Below are positions 40,601-52,184 of a stretch of DNA of 64,000 nt, piece by piece. A program made the translations under genes and the position numbers. Numbering within the stretch: position 1 is the stretch's first letter; the number at the start of each line of letters is the position of its first letter. The notes under the pieces were generated by a model. That model was not told the origin of the DNA. It worked only from the letters and a program-made list of their open reading frames with translations, and did not search any database. Source of the stretch: Macrostomum lignano. Lineage: Eukaryota. The stretch is from assembly GCA_002269645.1 (NCBI GenBank), contig NIVC01001092.1, forward strand, positions 62,001-126,000. The letters run 5' to 3'.

Positions 40601-43600
40601 GTCACACAACCGGCGAGAGGCATTGCTGCCCATTCCGCCGACTCCCCTGAGCAGGCACACAAGCGCGCGGACACGTACGCAGTCACACGCACAGGCACAC
40701 ACTCACACTGGAGTGTACAGCGGCCCTAACTTTATTTATCGTTAGGCATGTACACTTCACTGTGTCTTGGGGTTAGCCGTCAAGGCCGTTAATTGCACGA
40801 GCAGAGCCAAGCTGAGATTCCAGTTCAGCCCCAAATTAATGCGACTGCACTTGGAATCGAGCCTGGGCCGCTGGCACATCAGAGCGCCGCACTGGACCAC
40901 TGGGCTACGGCCTCCCAAATAGACACGGTTTGTTCAGATTTCGCGGAATGGGCAGAATGGTGCCCACAGCCCCCCCCCCCCTTGAAATCCCTTGAAATTA
41001 CTAATAATATATATTATTTATTGTTATTATAGCCTGAAAACTCATTCTGATCCGACGCAGTGACTCACATTGGTAGCAATGAATTCTAGCGATTCTGTGC
41101 TCTATACAGCATCAAGTCAAGAAGGATTTGCAAATAATTCTTCTCAGAGAGAGCAGCACGGATGCAGTAGAGAATCTGGGTATGAAAAAAAAGATTGTCT
41201 CCATCTCTGAACGCTCAGGACGTGCCTCGGTCAGCGTTGGCAACGTCAAAACTTGTGCTCCGGAGAGGGGAATTGGAAAGAAAATATTAGGGCTGGGGGG
41301 GTTGGCCTGCATAGCAAAGAGTAGTCGAAGGTGAAAATGGGAAAAATGATGCGGCGTTGAGAAGGAAGAGGGGACAGTTTTTTCGGTCAGTTTTTTCATT
41401 CATTTTTCTTTTTCTGTTCGTGGCATTGTGTTGTTGCGGCCGCGACTCGTGCGATGGGAGGGGAGGAGAGGACGTGAGCGGGGAGGGGGCGGAATTCGTT
41501 GGACAAATTGGGAGCAGACGGGTCGTGGAGGGAATCCGAGCGAGCTAAGAGGGGGGGGTTTTAAGGATGAAAAAACATCAACGAGCATTTTTTATGGAGC
41601 AGCGCGAGGCCGCTCCTCCCCCATCTCCCTCTCCCTGCTCAGGGCCGAACGAGAATCCCTCTTTTACGAAAGTTTTTTTCCGCTCGATCCGCGGCGCCAT
41701 AGCGGGCAATTAGGCAACTGGGGGGGGGGGCGCACGTGATGCCAAGGCTAAATGCGAGGCGGAGGCCCCTTAATTATTAGAGCTGGCCGTGCGGGATTCG
41801 GAGGATAGAAAAAACATATTAGAGCCGATGGGTAGCTATATAATATTGCCGTTCCCACTTGCTCGTCACCCATCTCATTCATTTGCATTATAAAGTGTGG
41901 AGCTCGGTTTGGAATATTAAAAAAAGCTCAAATCCTGCTCGACTATAAGCCTGGAGTCCCCAGGTGTCTCCCCCGCCCAGGTGAGGGGACCGGGGGCGAT
42001 TGTTAACATGGCGACTGGAGCAATTCGTAGTTTATTTAGGGTTGCGATAATTATAATTTACATAATGAACTGGTGCTGCATACTACTGACTGACATTTCA
42101 CATGGTAGTATAGTGGGGACAGTTTGCGAAAATTTTGTTAAATAGTTGTTACTGATGAACAAATCCAGGGAAAATGACCTCAATGACCTCCCTAGGATGC
42201 AGCTGAAATGGCGTAGTACGCAGGAATTTATTGAAGGGGCCGCAACCCAAAGGGCACCAATATTCGGTCTCTTGGTAGGCGCTCCCGTCTCTTGGTAGGC
42301 GCTCCCGTCTCTTGGTAGGCGCTCCCGTCTCTTGGTAGGCGCTCCCGTCTCTTGGTAGGCGCCCCTGTCTTTGTTTGGCGCTCCTGTCTCTTGTTTGGCG
42401 GCGCCCCTGTCTCTTATTTAGCGCCCCTGTCTTATTTGGCGCCCCTGTCTCTTATTTGGCGCCCCTGTCTCTTGTTTGGCGCCCCTGTCTCTTGTTTGGC
42501 GCCCCTGTGTCTTGTTTGGCGCCCCTGTGTCTTATTTGGCGCCCCTGTCTCTTGTTTGGCGCCCCTGTCTCTTGTTTGGCGCCCCTGTGTCTTGTTTGGC
42601 GCCCCTGTGTCTTATTTGGCGCCCCTGTCTCTTGTTTGGCGAGCCTATCTTTTGGTAAGCGCCCCTTTCACTCGGTAGGCGCCCCTGTCTCTTGGTAGAC
42701 GCCTCAGTCACTTGGTAGACGTCCCTGTCAGCAAGGCCGGCGAATGCGACGTCCATCAGAAGCGGCAAAAGTTGAGCTCCTGTCCCCTCTTGGATCCCTC
42801 TGTCCTCTCCCGCCCTTCCCTGGTGCCAATATTTGATATAAAATCTGAGCCACTGGTTTTCACTTATTTCCTGAGTAGTCAACAACTTACACTGTCTCAA
42901 CCCCCTTTCCGCTACCAGCTCTGCTTCAACAAGCAGGACCTGCTGCTGCACAACAGCTCAGTGCACAAGGCCGACCCGAGGCCATTCCAGTGCGACACCT
43001 GCGGCAGGCAGTTCGCCACGGCCGCCTACCTGTGCCAGCACCGCCGCATTCACACCGGACAGCGGCCGTACGGCTGCAAGTACTGCGACAAGCGATTCAC
43101 CCAGCTGTCGCACGTGCAGCAGCACGAACGAATTCACACGGGCGACAAGCCCTACCGCTGCTGGCACTGCGCCAAAAGTTTCACCCAGATGAGCAACCTG
43201 CAGAGCCACCAGCGCCAGCACACCAAGGACAAGCCGCACCGCTGCGACGCCTGTCACATGTGCTTCGACTCCAGGGAGGAGCTGGACACCCACGCCGCCG
43301 CCAGGCACAGCACCAACAAGTACAGCCGGGTGCTGCTCTGCCGGGTGTGCGGCAAGGCCTACAACTCCGAGACTTACCTTAGCAAGCACCTGGCCAAGCA
43401 CCGGGACAAGGCCAGGCAGGCGGAGCATCAGCAGCTTCAGCAGCAGCAGCAGCAGCAGCAACAACAGGCTGCAGAGTTTGCCGCACATCGCTCGCCTCTG
43501 CCGCCGCCTCCGCCGCCTCCGCCACAGCTGCCGCCACCGCCTCAACAGCAGCAGCAGCAGCAGCAGCAGCTTCACCAGCACCTTCACCACCATCATCACC

Positions 43601-43812
43601 AACACCAGGCGACGTTGTCTCAGTCGACGTCGAGTTCTTCGCCTCCGACTGGACACGCGGCCGCTGCCGCCGCCGCCGCTGCCGCAGCCGCTGCCGCCGC
43701 CGGAGGCTACTCAACGGCCTTCCACGGTGGCGTCCCGTTCCATACCGCGCAGGCTGCGGCGGCTGCTGCGGCGGCGGCCGGGCCCGCTGGACCGTTCAAG
43801 TTCGCCTTCTAG
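31608..43812 (+). CDS. ZNF384-like: C2H2 zinc-finger transcription factor of the ZNF384/ZNF362/rotund/lin-29 family, 2 coding exons, about 537 aa, 6 fingers
   Basis: Exon 1 (31608-32327) ends FKCKICHQ|gtgag. Exon 2 (42919-43812) starts LCFNKQDLLLHNSSVH, completing finger 1. Family motifs are FTQLSHVQQHERIHTGDKPY, FTQMSNLQSHQRQHTKDKP and GKAYNSETYLSKH. It has polyQ/P/A/H tracts. The true N-terminus is unverified. Confidence 0.88.
32520..32930. repeat. 20-bp minisatellite GGCGCCCCTGTCTCTTGGTT (family copy 1)
   Basis: Period of 20 is directly visible. Confidence 0.95.
33885..34885. repeat. 18-bp G-rich minisatellite GGGGAAGTATTGGGGATT
   Basis: Period of 18 gives the GLGKYW repeat ORFs. Confidence 0.96.
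35390..36420. repeat. 14-bp G-rich minisatellite GGGATTTGGGACTT
   Basis: Period of 14, about 73 copies. Confidence 0.97.
37425..38328. repeat. 20-bp minisatellite GGCGCCCCTGTCTCTTGGTG (family copy 2)
   Basis: Period of 20, about 44 copies. Confidence 0.96.
42265..42725. repeat. 20-bp minisatellite GGCGCCCCTGTCTCTTGTTT (family copy 3)
   Basis: Period of 20 is directly visible. Confidence 0.94.
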
Positions 43813-44796
43813 AGAAGACTCGAGGACCGCTTCGATGATAAGAGCAGTGTCGCTTGTCATTCTAGTCCAACATCCAGGCTTGAAAGGGATTTCACAAGGC
43901 CTAAACTAGCTTAACTTGTCTATTTTTTTATTGGCCTGCAAATTGCTTGTTTGTTATAAAAAATGGCGCACATTTTCGCCGCTTGCTACTGAGAGTAGCA
44001 AGCGGTAAGCTTCTCTTAATAATTGTTTTAAAATTTGGAATAATAACGAACGGTAACTAGATAACTACCAGCATACCTATCCAACCCGATTCGTCAGTTG
44101 CCCTGTTGTTGTCAGGCGGAACTGAGTTGAAAAATATTTTCGAACCGCTGTCTGGTTTGGCTTGTCTGGGGATTTCTGACAGATATTGCCATCAGCCTAT
44201 CCTGTCACTGGCGTCTGAGCCGGGTTATTGATAGCCATCGCTTCGCCGTGCTATAAGAAGGCTCCTTTCCATATATGGCAGTCAGTTCTCTTTTTTGCAC
44301 CATTCTTCATTGCCCAACTTGCGGAAACCTATTCACAGCCGATGTCAGGCGGGAACTTCCCCCCTCTCCCCCTCACTTGATCAATCGCAAGCACTTATTG
44401 TATAGGGGTTCTGCCGTATTGTACTAGAAAAATTTGCTTTTACTATAAATAAACTTACACTGTCGCTTGTTGTATAGTTGTACATGTAATTTGTTTTATT
44501 ACCTTATAATTGATGGCTCATATCTTGTAATCATGCCGGTCCTGCCCCATACCTTACATCGCTCTCTATATTATTGAAAAAAAGGAGATTAACACAACTA
44601 TCGCTGTTCAGTGCCGCTACTCCAGTAATACCCAAATCTTCATCTGCGTATCTAACTGTCAGTATGTACGTATATTGTCATTGTTAGCACTGGCTTTAAT
44701 AATATACTCTTATAGGCTGCATACCGTTGTATGTGTGAATCTAATCGAATAAGTATGCTCACTAGATCGAGTCAGTCTTTCTGGGGGACTCGGGGA

Positions 44797-44975
44797 TTGG
44801 ATAGATGGACTAGATAGATGGATTAGCGGATTAGATAGATGGATTAGCGAATTAGATAGATGGACTGGCGGATTAGATAGATGGATTAGTGGATTAGATA
44901 GACTGGCGGATTAGATGGATGGACTGGCGGATTAGATAGATGGATTAGTGGATTAGATAGATGGTCTAGCGGATT
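44797..44975. repeat. GATA/GGAT-based degenerate repeat
   Basis: Repeated GGATTAGATAGATGGA units. Confidence 0.8.
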
Positions 44976-45061
44976 AGCATGTGAAATAAGCATGTTTGAG
45001 AATAAAGTTCATTAATTTCTTATCCATTCCTAACTCGATTCAGACCCTGCATCATTCGCAC

Positions 45062-45726
45062 ACCACTTCCCACACGGTCATCCAGTTCCCTCACGGTCAT
45101 CCAGTTCCCTCACGGTCATCCAGTTCCCACACGGCCATCCAGTTCCCACACGGTCATCCAGTTCCCACACGGCCATCCAGTTCCCACACGGTCATCCAGT
45201 TCCCACACGGTCATCCAGTTCCCACACGGTCATCCAGTTCCCACACGGCCATCCAGTTCCCACACGGTCATCCAGTTCCCACACGGTTATCCAGTTCCCA
45301 CACGGTCATCCAGTTCCCACACGGCCATCCAGTTCCCACACGGTCATCCAGTTCCCACACGGTTATCCAGTTCCCACACGGTCATCCAGTTCCCACACGG
45401 TCATCCAGTTCCCACACGGCCATCCAGTTCCCACACGGTCATCCAGTTCCCACACGGTTATCCAGTTCCCACACGGTCATCCAGTTCCCACACGGTCATC
45501 CAGTTCCCACACGGTCATCCAGTCCCAAACGGTTATCCAGTTCCCACACGGTTATCCAGTTCCCACACGGTCATCCAGTTCCCACACGGTCATCCAGTCC
45601 CAAACGGTTATCCAGTTCCCACACGGCCATCCAGTTCCCACACGGTCATCCAGTCCCAAACGGTTATCCAGTTCCCACACGGTCATCCAGTTCCCACACG
45701 GTCATCCAGTTCCCACACGGTCATCC
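45062..45726. repeat. 19-bp minisatellite CCACACGGTCATCCAGTTC
   Basis: Period of 19 is directly visible. Confidence 0.95.
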
Positions 45727-46519
45727 TGTCCGGCCGCCATCCAGGCTGGTGATCGGAGAAAACCTAGGCCTGTGAGGCAGCTGAGCAGGATGCGATTTCA
45801 CATTGAAAGATTCCGTAAACAAAAATAGCTGCTGGGCAATGCAAATTTGAAATCTTCCTTTGATGCAGACGCGCAGCTCGGGCGCAAATCATGTGGGCAA
45901 ACTGTGTGTCGGAGAGACTCCAAGGGCTGCGCTAATCAAAGAGCTGACTCTCGCCCGATGTCTCAAAATCAAAGCACCAGGCATTACTGAAACAAGAGAT
46001 CGAAATATTCGCACCTGGGTTCCGTTTCTGCTTCTCGCAGTCAAAGAGGCTTCCTCTGAGTTCTAAAAACAGTCAGGATGCCCGGGAGCGTCTTTGACAT
46101 TCCAGCGCCGGCTTCTCACCCAGATGCACTCAGGATAATGAGCGGGCGGCAAGCAGAAGCCGTGCAGGTGAGAACTGCCCGGCAACGAGGCTGTCGGTGG
46201 GGGGGGGGCGAGACGGATTAGATATCCCCACGGGGATGCGGACTCAGAGCAGTCTCCTGATGCGCAATGCAGACCCACAACGAAGTCTTGATATTTTTAG
46301 TCTGGCCAGCACTGGGCTTAATGGCTTATGAGATTAGCTGGGACATTTTTCAGCTTGGCTACCGAGTGAAACTGGGATCGATGAAGCTCAAAAATTGCCT
46401 ATTTTAGCCGGCAACTTTTTGGTGGATGAGCTGGACTTCGCACCTGTCCCGCATCGATACAGAAAACTTGCACTAGGTCTGCTCAGTCGACCATGTGGAA
46501 GTTATTTAGGACGGAATAG

Positions 46520-48137
46520 ATCTGGGATCTGGGATCTGGATCTGGGATCTGGATCTGGGATCTGGATCTGGGATCTGGATCTGGGATCTGGATCTGGGAT
46601 CTGGATCTGGGATCTGGATCTGGGATCTGGATCTGGGATCTGGATCTGGGATCTGGATCTGGGATCTGGATCTGGGATCTGGATCTGGGATCTGGATCTG
46701 GGATCTGGATCTGGGATCTGGATCTGGGATCTGGATCTGGGATCTGGATCTGGGATCTGGATCTGGGATCTGGATCTGGGATCTGGATCTGGGATCTGGA
46801 TCTGGGATCTGGATCTGGGATCTGGATCTGGGATCTGGATCTGGGATCTGGATCTGGGATCTGGATCTGGGATCTGGATCTGGGATCTGGATCTGGGATC
46901 TGGATCTGGGATCTGGATCTGGGATCTGGATCTGGGATCTGGATCTGGGATCTGGATCTGGGATCTGGATCTGGGATCTGGATCTGGGATCTGGATCTGG
47001 GATCTGGATCTGGGATCTGGATCTGGGATCTGGATCTGGGATCTGGATCTGGGATCTGGATCTGGGATCTGGATCTGGGATCTGGATCTGGGATCTGGAT
47101 CTGGGATCTGGATCTGGGATCTGGATCTGGGATCTGGATCTGGGATCTGGATCTGGGATCTGGATCTGGGATCTGGATCTGGGATCTGGATCTGGGATCT
47201 GGATCTGGGATCTGGATCTGGGATCTGGATCTGGGATCTGGATCTGGGATCTGGATCTGGGATCTGGATCTGGGATCTGGATCTGGGATCTGGATCTGGG
47301 ATCTGGATCTGGGATCTGGATCTGGGATCTGGATCTGGGATCTGGATCTGGGATCTGGATCTGGGATCTGGATCTGGGATCTGGATCTGGGATCTGGATC
47401 TGGGATCTGGATCTGGGATCTGGATCTGGGATCTGGATCTGGGATCTGGATCTGGGATCTGGATCTGGGATCTGGATCTGGGATCTGGATCTGGGATCTG
47501 GATCTGGGATCTGGATCTGGGATCTGGATCTGGGATCTGGATCTGGGATCTGGATCTGGGATCTGGATCTGGGATCTGGATCTGGGATCTGGATCTGGGA
47601 TCTGGATCTGGGATCTGGATCTGGGATCTGGATCTGGGATCTGGATCTGGGATCTGGATCTGGGATCTGGATCTGGGATCTGGATCTGGGATCTGGATCT
47701 GGGATCTGGATCTGGGATCTGGATCTGGGATCTGGATCTGGGATCTGGATCTGGGATCTGGATCTGGGATCTGGATCTGGGATCTGGATCTGGGATCTGG
47801 ATCTGGGATCTGGATCTGGGATCTGGATCTGGGATCTGGATCTGGGATCTGGATCTGGGATCTGGATCTGGGATCTGGATCTGGGATCTGGATCTGGGAT
47901 CTGGATCTGGGATCTGGATCTGGGATCTGGATCTGGGATCTGGATCTGGGATCTGGATCTGGGATCTGGATCTGGGATCTGGATCTGGGATCTGGATCTG
48001 GGATCTGGATCTGGGATCTGGATCTGGGATCTGGATCTGGGATCTGGATCTGGGATCTGGATCTGGGATCTGGATCTGGGATCTGGATCTGGGATCTGGA
48101 TCTGGGATCTGGATCTGGGATCTGGATCTGGGATCTG
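46520..48137. repeat. Near-perfect 13-bp satellite GGGATCTGGATCT, about 124 copies
   Basis: Period of 13. Three units make the 13-aa repeat of the 593-aa and 575-aa ORFs. Confidence 0.98.
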
Positions 48138-48674
48138 ATATTATATATTATAAGAGTTATGGTTATAAGGTTATAAGAGAAATATTTAATATCTCCCACT
48201 AGCACTGTTCTGAATGCATTCCCATGCACTTAAAGAGCTACACATAGCGGAAATGGATTTTGATCCGCTAACGCAGTGTATGTCTTTTCCTAGAATTGCA
48301 GTGCGGGCACAACTGCGCGATGCACTAATGCGATAGCAGCGACCTAGTAGCAGAAAAACAATTTGGTTCCACAATGTTGACAGCATATTAATTTGTCTTA
48401 ACAGTGGCGCCTCCAGCAGCTTGGAAAGATGTTGGAAAACAGAAACATTACAAACTGAATTACATGTAGAATTATCTGATCTCTCATTGGCTGCAGATTA
48501 TCTATAAATATGTGGGTACCAGCGGCGTCTCGGACACTGCAGAGAGCCGAACTGCCTCTCGGACACGTGTGACCGTGTGACACCCAGCTCTAACCGACTC
48601 TCCTATTCTCCACTGGGTAAGCTTCACTGCGGCACATTTCTAACTGTCAGCAATCAATCAATTCATGTCAGTTA

Positions 48675-48970
<296 letters not shown>

Positions 48971-49011
48971 AGCCAGCCAATCCCCGCCTCCCTCTTTGCC
49001 AGCAGAAAACG

Positions 49012-49269
49012 ATGGCATTCATTCTTAGCCGCCGCCACCTGTTCCTGACTGTCATCGCCCTGGGCTGCATTCTCGCGGCCGCCGGAGATGCCGCCGGCGC
49101 CGCGGCCAGCTCGACGAGTGGCTGCACCCGGGAGGTCGGCGCAACCGCCGAGTGTCGCAGCCACGCCGACTGCTGCGAGCCGAACCTCTGTCTGAAGAAG
49201 CGGGGCAACACGGTCGGATACTGCTGCTGCACCTGGCCCTCCTACGGCAGCGAGGCTGATGGCAAATAA
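49012..49269 (+). CDS. Small secreted cysteine-rich (knottin-like) peptide precursor, 85 aa, single coding exon
   Basis: Hydrophobic signal peptide, Ala/Ser-rich spacer, and an 8-Cys mature region C-x9-C-x5-CC-x4-C-x10-CCC. It has GC-rich codons like the other exons and a double stop TAA TGA. Confidence 0.72.
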   Translation: MAFILSRRHLFLTVIALGCILAAAGDAAGAAASSTSGCTREVGATAECRSHADCCEPNLCLKKRGNTVGYCCCTWPSYGSEADGK

Positions 49270-49929
49270 TGAGCCGATGCGGCCCCGGCAACATTGAGAC
49301 AAAAACACTCGAAAAACAACGTTGGAAAATACTGGCCCCGAAACTCCCCAACCCCAGTCCTTACTGGCTCCGTGAACTGAGCACGAATTTTGATTGCTGC
49401 TTTTAGTATAGCTGCTTTGCTTGTCCAATTTATAAAAATCTTTAATGGGAACACAAAAGTACATGCGATATTTTTTTTAAATCTGACTGAATTGATGTTC
49501 TGCGCAGTGTGTGAATATTCTCTGTCATGAATTCATGTGAACTTTTGTCACTGAGCGCGCGCTAATGTACTTCTGGTTGTGAATGCTGCCCGTGTGAAAT
49601 TTCTTGTGAATCGAGGTGACTATTTAGCTAATGTAATACTCTGAACCAATTTAAATATAATTTAAATTTTAACGGCAAAACATGTTCAAAGGCAAAGTGC
49701 GCTATCATTTTACAAGTTTTTTTACTCACAACAGACTACTCACAGCCGGCTGAAAAAGTAACGTAGCAAGACCGGAGAATGGGTGCATGAGCTCTTAAAT
49801 GTACAAGTGCATAATCACATCTACATGTATCTAGGATTCAATATATTTATTTATCTGCATGGATAAGTGCGTAAATACACTTTCTCACTGTGAAGATCAC
49901 ATGGTCAGGCCATGGACACACGTACTATA

Positions 49930-50365
49930 AGCCTTAGACCTTCGACCAGCTATAAAGCTGTGGCAAAACACCAGTTGTCTATGGCCCAACCTTAGACCAG
50001 CTATAAAGCTCTGTGAGAAAACAAGCAGATGTCTATGGCCCAAACTTAGACCAGCTATAAAGCTCTGTGAGAAAACAAGCAGATGTCTGTGGCCCAAACT
50101 TAGACCAGCTATAAAGCTCTGTGAGAAAACAAGCAGATGTCTATGGCCCAAACTTAGACCAGCTATAAAGCTCTGTGAGAAAACAAGCAGATGTCTGTGG
50201 CCCAAACTTCGACCAGCTATAAAGCTCTGTGAGAAAACGAGCAGATGTCTATGGCCCAACCTTAGACCAGCTATAAAGCTCTGTGAGAAAACAAGCAGTT
50301 GTCTATGGCGCAACCTTAAACAAGCTATAAGGTTGTGTGACAAAACAAGCAGTTGTCTATGGCCA
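49930..50365. repeat. 54-bp minisatellite, about 8 copies
   Basis: CTTAGACCAG recurs at 49991 and 50045. Confidence 0.93.
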
Positions 50366-50461
50366 AAGCTCACTAACTTCGTAGAATTCCTAGCTTGGAT
50401 ACTTCTCACTTAGCTTGACAAAAGCAGCTATTAAGCATACCCACCTTAACCCGCATTACTA

Positions 50462-51158
50462 TAGCATTTTGCGTTGCACTTAAGCTTACGGGCAAATCAC
50501 TTGATCCTAAGTGGCAGAATTACACTGGCGAGGCAGCTGCCGATCGATTCTATGGTCTCAACTGGTGGCTAGTGGGCAATTTACTTTAGCATTGGGGCAC
50601 AGACTCAATCCATTTATGCTCTATCGCAGTTTGAAATGCTTTCAATCGGCCGCTTAGTGGGTGGTGTTGTGGCAAGGGTATAATTTTAATCGGTCAATAT
50701 GAGCAACATATGAGCAAATGAGCAATTTGATGACGGCGTCCAGTAACTTCGTATCGCCTTCGGATTGACAAAACAGTCTTAATGTTGACCTGGAACCATC
50801 GCGCAACGTCGATTGGCCGCTCAACCCTGTCTAGGGCGTCGATGACGAGGCTGTGCTTTTCATCGTTCATCCTTGACCACGGTCTACGTTGTTGTCCGTC
50901 ACCAATTCCATCTGGTGCAGTTTCATAGCTAGCGTTGCTAGCCTCATCTTCCGAGCTCATGTTGCTGCGAGCTTAGCTTCTAGTTCGCTTTGAGATAGAG
51001 CATGAATGGATTAAGTCAGTGCCCCAAGGCTTAAGTAACTTGCCCGCCAGCCAACGGTTTGGGCCATAGACTTGATCGGCAGCTGCTCTCGCCAGTGTAA
51101 TCCTGTCACTTAGGATCAAGTGATTTGCCCGTAAGCTTAAGTGCAACGCAAAATGCTA
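50462..51158 (-). mobile_element. Internally deleted IS630/Tc1/mariner-like element with long TIRs
   Basis: About 170-bp TIRs starting TAGCATTTTGCGTTGCACTTAAGCTTACGGGC, flanked by TA on both sides. The internal ORF 50694-50960 encodes a transposase-like N-terminal HTH (PIDVARWFQVNIKTVLSIRRRYEVTG) and is then truncated. Confidence 0.78.
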
Positions 51159-52184
51159 TATTCTATTCAGAAGCGAAGTACAAGTCGCAGGATGTGCCAG
51201 GGAGGCTAGTAATTGCATTTAGTGCTTGGGAATGCCGAAGCTGAAGGCCTAAAATTTTCTCACTTGCCATGATGTGACCACGTGAAATTCATAGAACTAC
51301 GCATTAATTTATTTTTGACTTTATATGTTATTCGCTCTCGTAATGCTTGTAACTGAGACAAAAACATGAAGACGATTTCCCACATTTAGTTAGAGAATAC
51401 CATTAAATTGTGCACTAAAAAAGCGGGCAGAAAAAATTCCGTCAATTTTATTAAGGAATGTCAATTATTCTCATCTTGGAAGCGAATCGACCTGCTAGTT
51501 CTAGAACAAGACAGAAAAACGGTTCATATCATATGCAAATCTATATCGAATATATAGCGTATTTTCCAGGAATGCTACTGACAAGTAGAGAAGCAAGCAA
51601 TAAATCAACTAAAAGCGAGAATTAATGTTTGCTACGGTAGAGGCATTGGCAGCCATAAATATAAAAAATTATTATTTGACACAAAGTTCTCGATTGAGAT
51701 TTCAGATGTGGTTCTTTTAAAAATAATTTCTCGATCTAGCCGTAAAAACGTTTATAAGATTGTTTTAAAAATTATTGAAATTTGCTCGTCAGCGAAGGAA
51801 TGTTTAAACTGGTAGTGGGCTGGTCAGAAGGGAGTGTACACTGTGGACTGCTAATTACGAGTAGGGGCTGGTCAGAAGGGAGTGTACACTGTGGGACTGC
51901 TAATTAGGGGCTGGTCAGAAGGGAGTGTACACTAGCTCTTGTGCAGATTAAAAATTGATTTAAAAACAAAAAGAAATCAAGAATGTCGTAAGTACAGCTG
52001 CATTAGATAGTTGGTTTAAAAGAGAATGTACTCGTCTACGCATAGAATAAGATTTTATCTTTGCACGCAAATATCACAATTATTTAAGATTAAATTTCAT
52101 CAAGTGTCTAGAACAGCGAACGCGGACTCAGCAAAGCACTTCTGTAGGATCTGAGACTGCGAGGGGCAGACATTAGCAGTGCTG

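Noticed and set aside
46395-48229. 593-aa and 575-aa ORFs (GSGSGIWIWDLDL and DPDPRSRSQIQIP repeats)
   Set aside because: They are translations of a stop-free 13-bp satellite, open on both strands, with no gene context.
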